Assembly (NCBI RefSeq): GCF_006345805.1
Contig: NC_043006.1
Location: 87,110,001-87,174,000, forward strand
Length of the DNA: 64,000 nucleotides
Source of the DNA: Octopus sinensis
Lineage: Eukaryota
Direction of reading: 5' to 3'
Notes under the pieces: model-generated
What the model was told of the DNA's origin: nothing
Database searches by the model: none
Seen by the model: only the letters and a program-made list of their open reading frames with translations
Made by a program: the position numbers and the translations under genes
Shown here: positions 12,576 through 27,429 of the stretch, one piece after another
How the letters are laid out: each line of letters opens with the position of its first letter
Position numbering within the stretch: the first letter of the stretch is position 1

Positions 12576-13964
12576 CCAGAGAGCATTAAAGATATACAAA
12601 ACCAATTGAGCTCTGTACTGTAGTTCTGTGAAGTAACTAACATACTATGATTAACCCCTTTTGGTGAACAAAATGGGGTTAAATATCAATTTCTTCTTTT
12701 AAGAATCCTTTCATAACATCCAACAAAATCAGGGATATAGAAAGCATGGTTCACAATAACTTAACCTAGAAAAAAGACATGAGAATAATAAAATGGCTTA
12801 CAAAGTGTATTTTAGACTGCAAAATCTTCTTTTCAATCACCCCAGACTCTCACCTCTATTTTTCTGCAGACCCATCTGAATTCTTTCTATTTCATAAGGT
12901 CTCTTTATAGCAAACAGGATATCATAAGAACAAAGGCTCCATAGAGAATAATTGCTACAATTGTAAATGACAAGCTTAAATCACTGGAAGTTTTCTAAAG
13001 TGCCTGCACTTTATTCCTTCAAATGACTGTGATTGTTACATCACTTATGCAATATGGAAAATAGACAACCTATATTATTAACTGAATTATGTTAGCATTC
13101 AGTTATGAAATCATTAAAGTTTAGAAGCTCACATTCCCAATGCACAAGCACATTGCAACATAATTTTTATATATATTTGATTCAAGGTTATTCAGACTGC
13201 TAGAAATAATCTCTAAGTCTTTAAATTACATCTTACAGTCTTAAAAAATGAAGGACACCTTGGATAATATTGTCTTAAACTCACATTCATCTTATTTCTT
13301 CTAGTTTGAATATGTCAGGCTTTGGTAACAACTCAGAGAATAACACCAAGAAGTTTTAGATCATAGCTCATTCCCAGTAGCATTATGATACTAACTCAGT
13401 TACATCTGAAACACATAAACCTCTTCTTTTTAATTTCATTTCACCATAGTTGTTAATAAATAAGTGTGTGATAAAATGTGATGTTCTTACAGCAACAAAA
13501 TTTCAAAATCTTACATAATAAATAATGACTACGACTTATTAGGTTGTAAAATATATTTCTATTGAGACAGGCCAATTTATGTGCATTGCCTAAGGAAGTC
13601 AATTCAATCGCTGTGAGAGAAATCTATTATCTAAGCTCATGTATATTATCAATTTGTCTCTCTACTTTTATCATTGATTAGATAACTGAGATGACTAAAT
13701 ATCTAAATATGGTGCTGATGTATTAACCAATTTAGCTTGAATTCAAACTTGGCTAAAATGCTATCATGACAAGATGCCTTTATTGGTGTTTACCAACTTG
13801 TTTGAATGTAGCTGAACGGACATTATATGCATATATATTAGTAGGTGTGTGTGTGTGTGTGTGTACCTATATATACGTGTATATGCATATATATATGTCT
13901 GTGTCTGTGTATATATATATATATGTATGTATGTATATACATATGTGAGTGTGTGTGTATATTG

Positions 13965-14004
<40 letters not shown>

Positions 14005-14261
14005 AAATACATATAAACTTTAGTTCATATATGTCTGTGACTTATCTTAACTTCTAAAGACAATTTCACAGCAGTTTGCTGTGGAGAAAAATTTTTGCAT
14101 ATGGTAAAAGATGTAAAAAAAACCTCTTCTGCTCAATGTTACGCCCTATTAGACTCTTAGATGTGTTTCTGGCTCCTTAGTCTTCTTCAGTAGGAGATAC
14201 TGAAGAGAGATAACCCTGAGCATATTAGAAAGCCATAGTTTTATACAGACCTTCTTGTCAG

Positions 14262-14314
14262 AACAATTATAATAGTAGCAGTATTAAGCAGTGGCAAGAA
14301 TTTAACAAACTTAA
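14262..14314 (+). CDS. Possible internal exon of an unidentified host gene (NNYNSSSIKQWQEFNKL)
   Basis: CCTTCTTGTCAG acceptor, stop-free frame and consensus AA|GTAAGT donor; no recognisable homology; may be chance. Confidence 0.2.
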
Positions 14315-14521
14315 GTAAGTTCAAATATTTTCTGGACTAATTTTAACTTCAAAAGGTAATTTCACTGCGGTTTACTATAGAGAAATATATTTTGATCAGC
14401 CTGGAGCTATAGTGGAAGATACTCGCCCAAATGAATCACAGTGGGACCAAACCTGGAGCTACATGGTTTCTTAACCACACAGCCACATCTGCGCCTATTA
14501 TTCCTACATACATATATGTAC

Positions 14522-14930
14522 AGGAGTGGCTGTGTGGTAAGTAGCTTGTTTACCAACCACATGGTTCCAGGTTCAGTCCCACTGCGTGGCACCTTGGGCA
14601 AGTGTCTTCTACTATAGCCTCGGGGCGACCAAAGCCTTGTGAGTGGATTTGGTAGATGGAAACTGAAAGAAGCCCATCGTATGTATGTATGTATATATAT
14701 ATATGCGTGTGTGTGTTTGTGTGTCTGTGTTTGTCCCCCTAGCATTGCTTGACAACCGATGCTGGTGTGTTTATCTCCCCGTTACTTAGTGGTTTGGCAA
14801 AAGAGACCGATAGAATAAGTACTGGGTTTACAAAAGAATAAGTCCTGGGGTCGAGTTGCTCGATTAAAGGCGGTGCTCCAGCATGGCCGCATTCAAATGA
14901 CTGAAACAAATAAAAGAGTAAAGAGTAAAG
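14522..14930 (+). mobile_element. tRNA-head SINE family A, full length
   Basis: AGGAGTGGCTGTGTGGTAAG head to (AAAGAGT)n tail. Confidence 0.92.
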
Positions 14931-16558
14931 ATATATATATATATATACACATGATATGTATGTGTTTATCTCTTTGACCTGTTTTTACACATTTTCGATC
15001 TACTAAATTCCACTTACAATTTATTGGTCAATTTAAGTCAACAGAGGGAGACACTTACCAAATATGTTATGCATTGGATTCAAACTGGGATCCAAGTAGT
15101 TAAGTAAATTTTATAACTGTGCAGCAATGTCTGTGCCTATACGCAAATCCCATACACAAAGTACACACACATACATAAATATAAATAAATATATCAACAT
15201 TTTTTCAACATAGCTAAAACGTAGATTACTCTATTTCTGAAAGAGCTCAATTTGTCTCATAGGAACAGAAATATATGCTCAGAGTGGTCACAAAAATAAA
15301 CTGAAATATAAATAGAGTGCTGATATGAAATTACCAAAATCAACAAATAGACCAGCATGTTATATTGTTCTGGGCAGTCTAAGTTCGAAATAGCAATGGA
15401 GATCAAAAGTCAAATCACATCAAATCTGGAAATAAAAGCAGATTATCCTCGACTACTAAATATCTAAACTGCTTTTCGCTCATATGGCTGTGTAGCTAAC
15501 TAAGGAGGTTCCAGGTTTAATCCCCCCCCCATTTAGAACTTTGTGGATTCTAATTTAACCAGGGACTGACCAATACCTTCTCTAAAAAATGGGTTATTAA
15601 AAACTGGACAAACCCACCTTGCATTTCTCCATCTGTCTATATGTATGTGTGAGTGAGGTGACTGTATGTGTGTGTGTGGTTGTGGGGATATTGTTCATAC
15701 CACTCTTATGTTGCATCCCTCTAAGTCTGATAACTTCATAGTCTGTGAAACAGAGATTAATAAAATAAGTACTGGATTGAAAAATGAACTGATATCAATA
15801 TGATAAACTAAAATCCATGAAGTGGATGCCTCATCATGGATGATATCCTACATGTTAAATCAGGAAAATATAAACACCTACTGAAAATAGTCCACAAAAC
15901 CTGTTGCTTATGAACAAAAATGATAAACGACTACTTTGGCTTTACTCCAATCATTCCTGTCATTTCAACCACCAAACCTCTGGGATAGATGCATTGGTTA
16001 CTGATTCAGTTGCCATACAATTTGAGATAATGATATAGAAAGCACAATACAGAGAAACATCTCAGTGGACATGCAAGCAGTGAATAATTCCAATGACAGA
16101 AAATAAAGACATTTAGCAACCAGATCTCCCAAATAATATAGCCAACTGTAAAAGCCTAACACAACTATTATCTGTACATAATCTACATAAACAGCAACTA
16201 AGCTCCATTATTTTTCTGTCAGGAAAAAGAGGGAGTGTATCAATGAAAGCTGTTTATTCACACACAAATACTCTGGAATGAAACTGCAAACATGATAAAG
16301 ATTAAAAAAGGAAAGAGGTATACACCACCCAAGGTATTAACAGTAGATACCAAATAGATAAGATAAAGCTTAAGGCAACAGTAATCATCAGCTCCCAACA
16401 ACAACACCTAAAACTCAGACCAAATGCTCAAACTTGTGTTGATAAGGCCTAATAATTATGTAACCAAAACACAATCACCACCATCTTTGAGATCTTCTGC
16501 CTTAATATCTACAATTTAGGAGTTACTTCAACATTTCCTGATGGGACTACCAACTAAG

Positions 16559-16595
<37 letters not shown>

Positions 16596-17246
16596 AAAAC
16601 TAGTTTCTTTATATTTTGGAATTTCCAAGACTATAGAATACACACTTAGTGCTGAATACCTAAATAAGAACATGAATGAGGAAATGTTCAAATTTTCCTA
16701 CAGCACCAATCTCAGCCTACAAAAAGATTCAAATATAAGTTAGATGTAAAATTTTAAACATCGGTCACTAAAGCTGCATGAACAGCTAACGATGAAGAGA
16801 GACAATGAAATACATGATAGGCAAACAGTAAAAGTTGAACATAAGGTTTTTCTTCTGCTTGGTACGTAATTACCTATTTTTGGAATGAAAAATTAAATCA
16901 ATTCAGTTTCAAGATATTCATAAAATACTCTTTCCAAATCTGTTCTCTTTGAGTGGACAAAGAGTCAAAAGAAAGAAGAAAAAAAAATGGAACTTCCAAA
17001 GTTATTCTTCTAGTCAGTGAGTTCTTTCAACAGTCTAGTGAGTAACTAGTACTAACAAACATAACAGGAAATGATTGAGGAAAGAAGCTTTCTAGATGCA
17101 GACTCAACTCCAGGGCCAGCTGGTTTTCTTGTTCTGTTTCTTTATGAAATCCTGGAAAATAAGCTTTGTTATCATCGTCATCATCAATTTAATACCCACT
17201 TTTTATAATGCTTCCATAGGTCAAACAAAATTCATTGGATCAAATT

Positions 17247-17437
17247 CATGTGGATCCGTGGAATAAGCTGCCGGACGAGATAGTGAAGATGCCAATGACC
17301 ACTCGGTTCAAAGTCTCTCTTGACCAGAAATGGCCTGAACTCTTTGCATGAACATCACCCTGTACATAACTCCATGTCCCCCTACATGGCCTTGCTTTTT
17401 TGCCTTTTGAGCCCCAAAATTAACTTAACTTAACTAA
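17247..17437 (+). mobile_element. CR1-like LINE 3' end
   Basis: Encodes VDPWNKLPDEIVKMPMTTRFKVSLDQKW* (WNxLPxEVV...FKxxLD C-terminal motif), short 3' UTR and (TTAAC)n tail. Confidence 0.7.
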
Positions 17438-18744
17438 ATATCCTATGGCTGGATATGCTTATTGTTGCTAACCTTCAACTGTTTCCAAGCAAGTTAATAT
17501 TTCCCATGGCAAAGGCAGGAAGCTGATGAATCATTACTGCACCAGATAAACTACTTAGCTGTATTTCTTCCACTTAATATTCTGATTTCAAATGCTGCCT
17601 GGGTCGACTTAGCCTTTCATCCCTTCAAGGTCAATAAAATGAGTACCAGAGGAATACTGGAGTCGATGTAATTGGCTTGCCTCTCCCCCAAAATTGTTGG
17701 CCTTGTGCCAGAATTTGAAATCGATATTTCTCATGGCCAGATATATTTTCATAAAGACTGGAAATGTGGGGCACTGCTTGTTTGATCGTGATACTTATTT
17801 ATAACTATTGCACAATGTCAAAATATTGAGAGACAGACAAACACACACATCCCACACATTATGTGCACATATATACATACTTATGTGTGTGCATGTATAT
17901 GATGGGCTTCTTTCTATCTATCAACTAAATCCCATCAACTTTCCATCAAATAAATTCCATCACTAGGCATTGATCAACCCAGATCTGTAGTAGAAGCTGA
18001 AAGTATTTACACAGTGGGACTGATCTCAAAACCACACTGCTGAAAAGTGAAAGCCTTAACTATGCAGCCATACCTGTTTGTGCCTTAATGTTTTGAAAAT
18101 AAACTTTGTCAGAGTAACAGCTAATAATACTAAAAGAAATAAAACAACAACTATCTATAACAATGGTTAAAGTGTTACCAAGAAACTCATCTGAATCCTT
18201 AACATCATATCTTTAAAAACTACTGGAATGATATTATATTATGGGAGGCTGAAGTGGTTATCCCCACCCACTTCTTTACACTTTTACAACTTTGCTGCAA
18301 ATATTCTTTGTCAATTACTATCATCTAAGATTTAAGTTTTATGAAGCCCTTTTTACATATAATCTCTATTTGCTCTTAAAATTAAATCAATGATGTGTTC
18401 AATATCATAGAATTACAAAAAATAAAATTAAAGATAATCAAATAAGCTATTTATTCTATGATGCATAAAAGAACACTTTTATACATAGAGATTCAGCTTA
18501 GAAATTCAGAAACTCTTTAACCTTCATAGAAAGAAATTTCTTCATAAAACCTCTTAAAAAACAGTTTATTATCTGGATTAAGTGTTGACCTTGATTTCAT
18601 AAAAAGATCTTAGACAAAGTTAACCATTTATGTAACAAGAGAAAGTTAATGGAACTGGTTGGTTGAGTATTTGGTTTTCTGATTACCCCAAAGATAGAAG
18701 TCAAATGGTGGTGACACCTTTTGTAAAGTGTACAGTAATTATCG

Positions 18745-18965
18745 GAAAGCCACTTCTTAGGGAACCCTAAATATACACTGTTCAATCCAGGAAAAAGTGA
18801 CATAGTCAGCAAAAATTTACTTAAGGTTTCAAAATTTAGGATCAGGCAAAAAATTACCTTAAAAAAAGGAACTGCAGTAGTGCCATCATTAAAGCAAGTA
18901 AACAATATCAAAAGCAAAATCAACTGTAGATTTGTTTGATTTGATATTGTGAGGGTCAACTCTAC
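18745..18965 (+). mobile_element. Penelope-like RT N-terminal relic
   Basis: HFLGNPKYTLFNPGKSDIVSKN ... NNIKSKINCRFV*FDI resembles PLE RT and the copy at 44420-45405. Confidence 0.45.
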
Positions 18966-20128
18966 CATCTGTAAGGATCTACTCTTTGAAGCTCTAGAAT
19001 CTAATAATGGTTATATTATTATAACATATCTTATTATCATCATCATCTTTTAACATGTTCCATGCTGGTATAGAACTTCAAGCTCAGTACATCAAAATGC
19101 ACATCCAATGCACAGTTGGGATCAAAAGCCAGAGATGTCGTACTCTTTGAATGTAAGTTTGTACTATCATATACAGGCTATTTATGCATGTGTATGTGTG
19201 TGTATTCATATATATAACCACACGTAGATTAGTATATACACATGATTTCTTTTTCCCAATTTATCTATCAAGCATAAACTTTTCTTTCTTCTCTCTTCCC
19301 ACTCTCACCTACTACCTACTACTTTCAGTCATTTTATTGACATGTTTAAGCTTTCATTCTCTAGATTTCTGCCACTACCCTCACTCCAGCATCATAAACT
19401 TTCATTTGATCATCTTCACACTAAGATATCTGATTTAATTTCACATTTCCAAAACTTTTCAATAAACCCTATGCTAAATGATCTTCTGAGTCACCACAAC
19501 TAAATAAAGCTCTCATCTTTTAGGTCCTTAGATTTTGTTATATATTTCCCTTGTCATTCATCTGTATTATTTGTTTTTTAATTTTTGAACCTGTTGTTAC
19601 CCATCAGTACCATCATTATTATTTCATATCAATATCATTAAAACTATTGTTGTATATTATAATTTTATGATTGTTAATAGTACTACCAATACAGTTGTTG
19701 TATTGTTAATAAAAGATATTTTTGTCCGATAGATTTCATCAACACTCTCATTGTACATAACTTCTTGACTCTTCCTCTTAGAATGATATTTTTTTCAACT
19801 TTGAACTCTTCACCTTTCCTGTCTTTCAAATGTTTTTATTTTTCAGAATTGTTCTGTACACACCACTTCTCTCTTCTTCCCCATATTTTTCCTTTGCTCT
19901 GGGAAGAATGACTAGCATACAATTAAAGCATAAGGAATGATTAAATGAATTGTAAGAAATAAACAGAATTAAGAGAAACAATGAATTCTCTCTTCCTCCC
20001 CATGAAGAAGGACTAACCTTTGAAAGGCACTTACAAGCCAGGCAGTCATGCTAAAGCAGGTAATAGATACATTTCACACTAAAATAAGGACCCTTATAAC
20101 AAGTTTCCAGACAGTTTCCATTTACCAG

Positions 20129-20474
20129 GATCATTACCAGCATCGCCTTACTGGCACTCGAGCCCCGTGCTAGTAGGGTATTAAGAGCACCATCCGAGCA
20201 TGATCGTTACCAGCATCGCCATACTGGCACCTGTGTCGGTGGGATGTGTAAAAGATTCGAGCAAGGTTTTTGCCAGTACTGCCTGACTGGCCCCGTGCTG
20301 GTGGCACATAAAAGCACCCACTACACTCTCGGAGTGGTTGGCGTTAGGAAGGGCATCCAGCTGTAGAAACTCTGCCAGATCAAGATTGAAGCCTGGTGCA
20401 GCCATCTGGTTCGCCAGCCCTCAGTCATTCATCCAATCCATACTAGCATGGAAAGCGGATGATGATGATGATGA
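20129..20474 (+). mobile_element. Family C repeat (RTE 3'-UTR-derived) with (GAT)n tail
   Basis: GTGCTGGTGGCACATAAAAGCACC motif, TTAGGAAGGGCATCCAGCTGTAGAAAC, CATGGAAAGCGGA-(TGA)n end. Confidence 0.8.
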
Positions 20475-23361
20475 CGACTGACAAGGGACTGGAAGTATGG
20501 CAGTAAAAATCCAATGTACAGTGTAGCACAATTAAACACAAATGCATGTAATTTCAAAGTGCATTTCTTAATTATGTCATCATATCTTCACCCCTTTAAC
20601 AAGTTATCAATGTCTTCAAATGGTGGGGAAATGGATACTGTGACATTGATGTATTTCTGAAAAGCTGTAGCTACAGACACGAAGTAATCTGACTTAATCT
20701 ATGGTTACATTTAACACAAACACTTTGCCTGCCCATTTTTAGACAAAATAAATAGAGTAGTGCCTATAATTCTTTTCCAAAATCTCAGAGATCAGTGAGA
20801 GAGAGGAAAGAAATTATCACCAGACTAGGGACTTGATCAAGATTTATGTAACAAAATCGATTCTATTTGCAGTACGGGTGTAGACAATAAGTCCCTTATT
20901 TATCTGATGGGAGAAAACATAAGAAGACATGATGCAGTTAAATTTAAGAATGTTGGACCTCACGGAAGACTAAGATGATTGTCAATATGCTGTGAAGCAG
21001 ATTACATCCAGCCCATAGCAGCATGGAAACATAGACATAAAAATGTTGAAGATTATGATAAATAGGTTGTAGACAGATTGCCAAGAGCCTATCTCTACTT
21101 AAATGGCAATACTATTAACTGCATCTATCAGTAAAAACATTTCCCATTATTGTTTTTGTTACTGTTCGTTTATGTTTTTTTTTTAAGAATATTATTTCTT
21201 TTTAAAATTATTCGATTTATTGTTTCTCTTAATTCTGTTTATTTCTTACAGTTTATTTAATTATTCCTTATATTTTAATTGTATTCTTTTTTTTTTTTTT
21301 TTAATGAAGTTAAAGGCAATATTGATGTCTGAATTTTATTCAATAGACACAAAATTTTAGTGTGAAACATAAATAACAGAAAAAAGCTTTTCAGCATTTC
21401 TAACTGATAAAAGTTAAAGTTAATGTTAAAATAATAAACAAACACAATTATATGTGTATGTGAGTGTGCATGTGTGTATGCATGTGGGCATACACATAAG
21501 TGTATAATCATATGTGTATAAATACATATGTATATTCTTAAACATATGTACATATAAACAGATGTATACAAGTATTTATATATGTATATATAATACTTAT
21601 GTATGCATGTATGAATATATATAGACACACACACACATATGTAAGTATGTATAAACATACATACACATATTAACTATTTTTATTTACATCAGTGTCTTTG
21701 GAGGTAGTGTTTATATGTTATTCTACTACAAAGCATATTTCTACCATTAACTTGTCAAAGGAGTACAATTATTTATAACCATTTCAGACTACTTGGAAAT
21801 GTACCAATTTTCGAAGAAAAGTAAATGTTGGTTTATGAAGTCCATCATAGAAGTATTTGCAAACATCCCGTTGTAGTGTCTATAAACATACTTGTAAAAC
21901 ATATGCAAATATTTACACATGTACTTACACAAATTATATTTTCTTCCCCCAAAAGAAATTATTATATCATGTGATTCATTGCAAGAGTAATATATATATA
22001 TACTTTTTTTTCTTCTAGCCCCATAATCATAAAAAACAGTGTCGTATTTTTAAACACCTCATAATATTGGTAGTCAAAGCAATAACAGACAGAAAATTTC
22101 AAAGTAATTGTCAGAAGTGTAAAACCATGGACAATAATTTTGAAATCTTTGACTGTCTTGTACATCCAGTGATTCGTTTTTCTTCAACTTCATAGTGAAC
22201 TTGGCACTAAAGATTGATATAACTATTAACCTAAAACAGTTATGTTTTTTATTTATTCTGATCGATTTATTTTCCAATCAACTTTAGACAGGAGGTATAA
22301 TAAGACCAAAATATTTTCAGAGTTGTCACAGTGTCTGTCAATGAGCAAATAGATTATTCTTTATCTCTTTACATTGCTTATTCCGCTTTTAATTAACTGA
22401 GACTTTGGTGCATCAACACATTAAAATTTTCTTTGTTTTGGTTTTGAGCTTTTGCTCTTGCCTTTGGTTGATTTAAACATTGTCCACAGCTTAACTTTCT
22501 GTGAAATGGGTAGAGTCTTATTTAATTAAAGTTACTGGGCCTGCAACATTAATTCATGCTTTTACTTTATGACAGTGCTCAATTTTATAACATTCAAAGT
22601 ACAACACTTTCTCATACATTTTGAGTGCAGTCTTATGATATTTTGACTCACCACTTTTAAGGTATTTTGTTGTTACTGTTATTGTTGTTTAAGCCCAAAT
22701 CATCTCTAATTCTGGCAGACTTCTGAGCAAGAGTATTTAAGACGGTTTTTCTATCATTTTATACAACAATGACTACATTATCTAATGTGTTCTTCCTTCT
22801 TAAAGATGGCAGGATGTGATTTGAAAGAATTGGGAATTAGGCATTATTTCTAGGAGGTTGAGCAACTATATTGTGGCTCCTCTCTTGTGATATATAATGT
22901 TTCTGAGCTCTTAGAGGTGTAAAATACAATATTAGCAAGAGGCACATAATCTTATTGAAACTAGAACTAACCATCAACCCAGTAAATATTCGTGGTTCAT
23001 GACAGTTAAAATTAATAACAATTATGCTGAATTCTTCCTTCAGTAGCTGGTACGGTGCCTTAAATAAAACAGAACACAGTTTGGTTTTGAAACATCATCA
23101 TTGGTTTAATCTATACTAGCAGAAAATTTTGGTATGACAGAATAAGTATGTGACTAAATAGGTTGTAGAATCTGAGAAAATAAATAATGGTCTGCATTGG
23201 TAATTAACCAGTATATATTATTCTAAGGTGGAATATGATGGTTGGCCGTGACAAAGAGGAAAAGTTTATAGAATTTCGTAAAATCTTGCATTGGAAAGTG
23301 ACACTCTCTGATATTACTGAATAAATAGAAGTCTAGCTTATAAATCCATCAGAAAACCCTA

Positions 23362-23396
23362 CTCTCTGATGAAGGTTCAGCTTCAAATGTTCAGAC
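23362..23396 (+). ncRNA. Degenerate minimal hammerhead motif
   Basis: TCT-CTGATGA-AGG TTCAG CTT-CAAA-TGTTC-AGA: G12 replaced by C and stem III decayed; likely inactive. Confidence 0.3.
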
Positions 23397-23675
23397 TTTT
23401 CATCTTCCTCACAGAAAAACAATGTATTTGACTTCAGAACTGTACATGATTATGATTGTTTAACAGAGATCAATCAACAGATCAATCAATGTGTCTGTCT
23501 AGATCGCTAGCCACTACACATTCTTTATTTTCTCTCCTTGTTTCTTTCTGTGTTCTTTTCTGTAGAAGGGCGTAGGCTTGAAAGACTTTTGCACTTCCCG
23601 AGTGTTATACTAATACATCTGTTTCTTGTCTACATCACCTGTCTTCATCTGTTGTTTTTTTGTGAATTCTCCCTA

Positions 23676-23771
23676 TATATATAAATAATATATAACATCA
23701 TATATATATATACATATATATATATAATATATATAAATTATATATATATATATAAATAATATATAAACATC

Positions 23772-23839
<68 letters not shown>

Positions 23840-23842
23840 TAT

Positions 23843-23890
<48 letters not shown>

Positions 23891-23955
23891 TACATATAAT
23901 ATATAATTATTATATATATATAATATATATATATCTATATATATATATATATATA
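23676..23955. repeat. Imperfect (TA)n array
   Basis: Direct reading. Confidence 0.9.
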
Positions 23956-24456
23956 CTAGCAGTATCGCCCGGCGTTGCTCGGGTTTGTAAGGGAAATAAC
24001 TATATAAGCATTTTTAGAGAGTTACTTCCTTTATAGATGCCAATTCGGGCTTTCTTAGCCATTTCTGTTTTGGTGTCTTCAAGCCATGAAGTCGTTGTTC
24101 TAAAAGAACGCTGATCTCCTTGACAATGCATTACGACGTTGATTTCCTTAAACTCCCTTCCCCACAGCTTCACGAGGGAGGGAAGAAGGGGGAGAAGCAA
24201 ACACAGGTGCAGGTGTTTGAGTGTGGACGCCAACTCCGCCGCCATCGACACACGAAAAATTATGCATTAAAATGGAATAAAAAATTATGTTAAATTATTT
24301 TTAAAATCGTAGACTCATCGTAGACGCGCGCTAATAGCCAGACGGGCTCAATATTAATCACGACTATAAGATACTCGAATTTGGTTAAACTGCACCGCAA
24401 AATGTGGGAGGAGTTAGGAATCTAAATCGTAGGAGACAGACACTCACACAACTACA

Positions 24457-24460
<4 letters not shown>
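23956..24460 (-). mobile_element. Non-autonomous Helitron, copy 1
   Basis: Minus strand ends CCCGAGCAACGCCGGG hairpin + CGATACTG-CTAG|T; 5' part matches 61466-61640; 5' terminus buried in (TA)n. Confidence 0.8.
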
Positions 24461-24521
<61 letters not shown>

Positions 24522-25308
24522 TTATATTTATATATGTATGTGTGTATGTATATACATATATATATATGCATGCATATATCTTACATAAACAAGATACAGA
24601 CCAGGACAAGATATTTAGTGCTAATATGGGTTGCAAGCTCAGGAAAGGGGGAGCACCATGATCTCAAGCACAAAAAAAAGATACCCAAAATGTTCAATGC
24701 CTTTCCTTACACATCTGGTTTTATATTAGAGTGACCTTCTCTTCCAGTCATGCTTTAACAAAAGCTAAATAGTGCTTCACTCCCAGTGGTCTTCCAGCTT
24801 GCTGGACACCAATCAGGTTATCCTGATAGCCCATGCTATTGCTAGATAGCTGTTAAACCTACACCAAGTTCATCAATTCTTTTGGCAGGTCTTGCTTTTA
24901 GTCTTGCTGAGCTTCTAGCAGCCCTCCTCACCAGGTAAGCCTTGCGGGGATGCCAGTTTATTTGCTGACAACCTGACCATGCAAGAGGTTGTTACTCATC
25001 GTCATCATCCTTTAACGTTCACCTTCCATGCTAACATGAGAAGGAAGAAGAACATGAAACATAATATTAAAGAGCTATCTAAACTCAATAGAGATTTCCT
25101 ACTAATGCTTATGGTAAAATGATTGGGTGGCAAGGACTAGTAAACTAACAGCTAACAGTAAAATATTGCTCTGTTCATAGGTATCATGCTAAGTAGAAAG
25201 TGAATTTTGCAAAATGGGAATTTGTTTTGTCTTGTAAAATAATAGAGTTAAACCAAAAATGTTTTAACTGATTACATCTAACATTTCACTGCCACTTGTT
25301 CTTCACAG

Positions 25309-25364
25309 GTGTAAAAGAGATCAATGTTTTTACACAGAGTTATAGCAGAGTTTTCTTCCACAAA
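25309..25364 (+). CDS. Possible 56-nt internal exon ((G)VKEINVFTQSYSRVFFHK)
   Basis: TTGTTCTTCACAG|G acceptor, AAA|GTGAGT donor, stop-free, in apparently unique sequence; protein not recognised. Confidence 0.35.
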
Positions 25365-26599
25365 GTGAGTGGAAAATACAAAGATCATGGATTTGAATTA
25401 GATAGAATAAATTAGGCCAAAACATGGGACATGTTACAGCATCATACATGGGAGTTTTAATTTACATCTCTTCAAAACAAAAAGTTTGTATCATAGAATT
25501 AAGAGCAGTCTCAGATGAGTAGCTATCAAAAGGGATAACTAGACACATATTTAGAGCCAGCATGGTGTATCATTTTGATTTTATATTAAAGTCAATTCAT
25601 TAGTACAATGAATGACAGAGAAAATCATGGACACCACAATTGGCAATAAATTCAATTTAAACTATTGTTCATATTTGAAATGAAGATGCATGGCCTAGCA
25701 GTTAGGCTGTTGAGCTTGTAATTATAAGGTTGTCAGTTTGAATCCTTTGTGTCTTTAAGCAAGGGACTTAGTTTCAGGTTCCTCCAGTCTATACAGCTGA
25801 AAATGAGTACTTATTCTGGTGCAATTCTCTCTTGCTCCAGCTATTATGTACTTGATGTTTCACTTAGCTAACAGCAAGGGACGAGAGGATGTCTATAACC
25901 TATTAAGTACTATATGTGCACCTAAAACAATTAGTGAAAGTGTGGTACATGCTTCTGAGTTATACTCACTTATGAGTGAAAGCTGTTTGTTTGTGTGTTG
26001 GAGAAGAGTTTATAGATATATTTAAGAAACTGACATAATAGATTCTTTTCAGATGTTTTCTCTGAAATGAGAATGCAAAATATCTGGAAATTAAACATGT
26101 GATATTGATTCAAAACATTATGTACCATTGGAAACACAAGAAGGAGTGAAAAAAAATTGTTTGGTGCACAGACAAAGAAACCACAAGATTAAAAGAAAAA
26201 ATATAACCCACAGAACAAGTAAATGAAATGAGAAAACCTGGAGTATTTTATAACCAAACACAAAAGATTGAAAACAGAATTGAGTCATAGAGAATTATGA
26301 TGAAATGTTTACATTCATGAAAAATTAATAACAATAGAATTTAAAATTAGAGTAAGGAAAAATAGATATGTGATCATCAATATTATGATGTGAATACATA
26401 GTTCGCTTTTTCTTTAACTGATAAACATGTGTGTATATGTACACTTAACATACACAATTGTTACCTATCCTTTTCATGCTTTCTGTATGAATGTATACAT
26501 TTTTTTCTGTGTGTGTAAGTGTATATGAAAATACCTACACACACAAATAGTTACTCATATATTTGTATGTATATATATATTTTGTATGTGTGAGTATAT

Positions 26600-26810
26600 A
26601 TACATACACATGGCTTGGAAGGTGGTGATATATATATTTGTATATATACATTTGTAAATATATATATATATATTTGCATGTGTGTGTATACATACATACA
26701 CATGGCTTGGAAGGTGATGATATATATATTTGTATATATACATTTGTAAATATATATATATATATATGCATGTTTGTGTGTGTATATACATACACACATA
26801 TGACTTGGAA
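26600..26810. repeat. ~92-bp tandem duplication (about 2.3 units) built from microsatellite plus CATGGCTTGGAAGGTG
   Basis: CATGGCTTGG at 26609 and 26701; diverged third start near 26799. Confidence 0.8.
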
Positions 26811-27429
26811 GTTTTGGCAGGTTCCAACAGGTTGGAACTCCACATCTTGCTTGAAAGTTTTAGATATAATATGCTTTTTACAGCTAGACATCCTTCATAT
26901 CACTAACTAATGTACAGTTGTGTACTGGATGCATATTTTTTTACCATCAACTCTGAAGAGGCTGCCAAGTACCCAGTGACGCTGGATTAAAGGAACCTCC
27001 CAACCATTACTTTTCCTCTGCTCCCTTATGTCAGGCAGAGTGGCTTTTGTCATGCCATCAGTGATGGGGAGGTTGCCTTGAATACTGTAAATGTAAAGAG
27101 TAGTCAGTACCATAAGACATACTTTCACTCAGATAATGTGATCAGAGAGGGGAAGAGGAGAGAGTCCAGAAAAGTGTAAGAGTATTATGTTAGAGACAGA
27201 GTGGCTGGGGTGAAGACGGAGGAAAGGGAGTGACGGATAATAGAAAAGGTGGACATAAGTAAGAGTAAGTGATGGGGGACAATGAGAGTGATCCCGTTTC
27301 AGCTGCATAGACTGAAGCAACATGAAACTAAGTCCCTTGCATAAAGAGTGATGCAAGGGAAAAAAGAATGAAAAAGGGCAATGCAGATATGGTGAAGTCC
27401 TTTGTTATATCCTCCATGTGATGCAGCAT

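Noticed and set aside
23560-23600. CTGTAGA-AGGGCGTAGGCTT-GAAA hammerhead
   Set aside because: A6 is mutated and stem III with the cleavage triplet is missing; at most a dead remnant.
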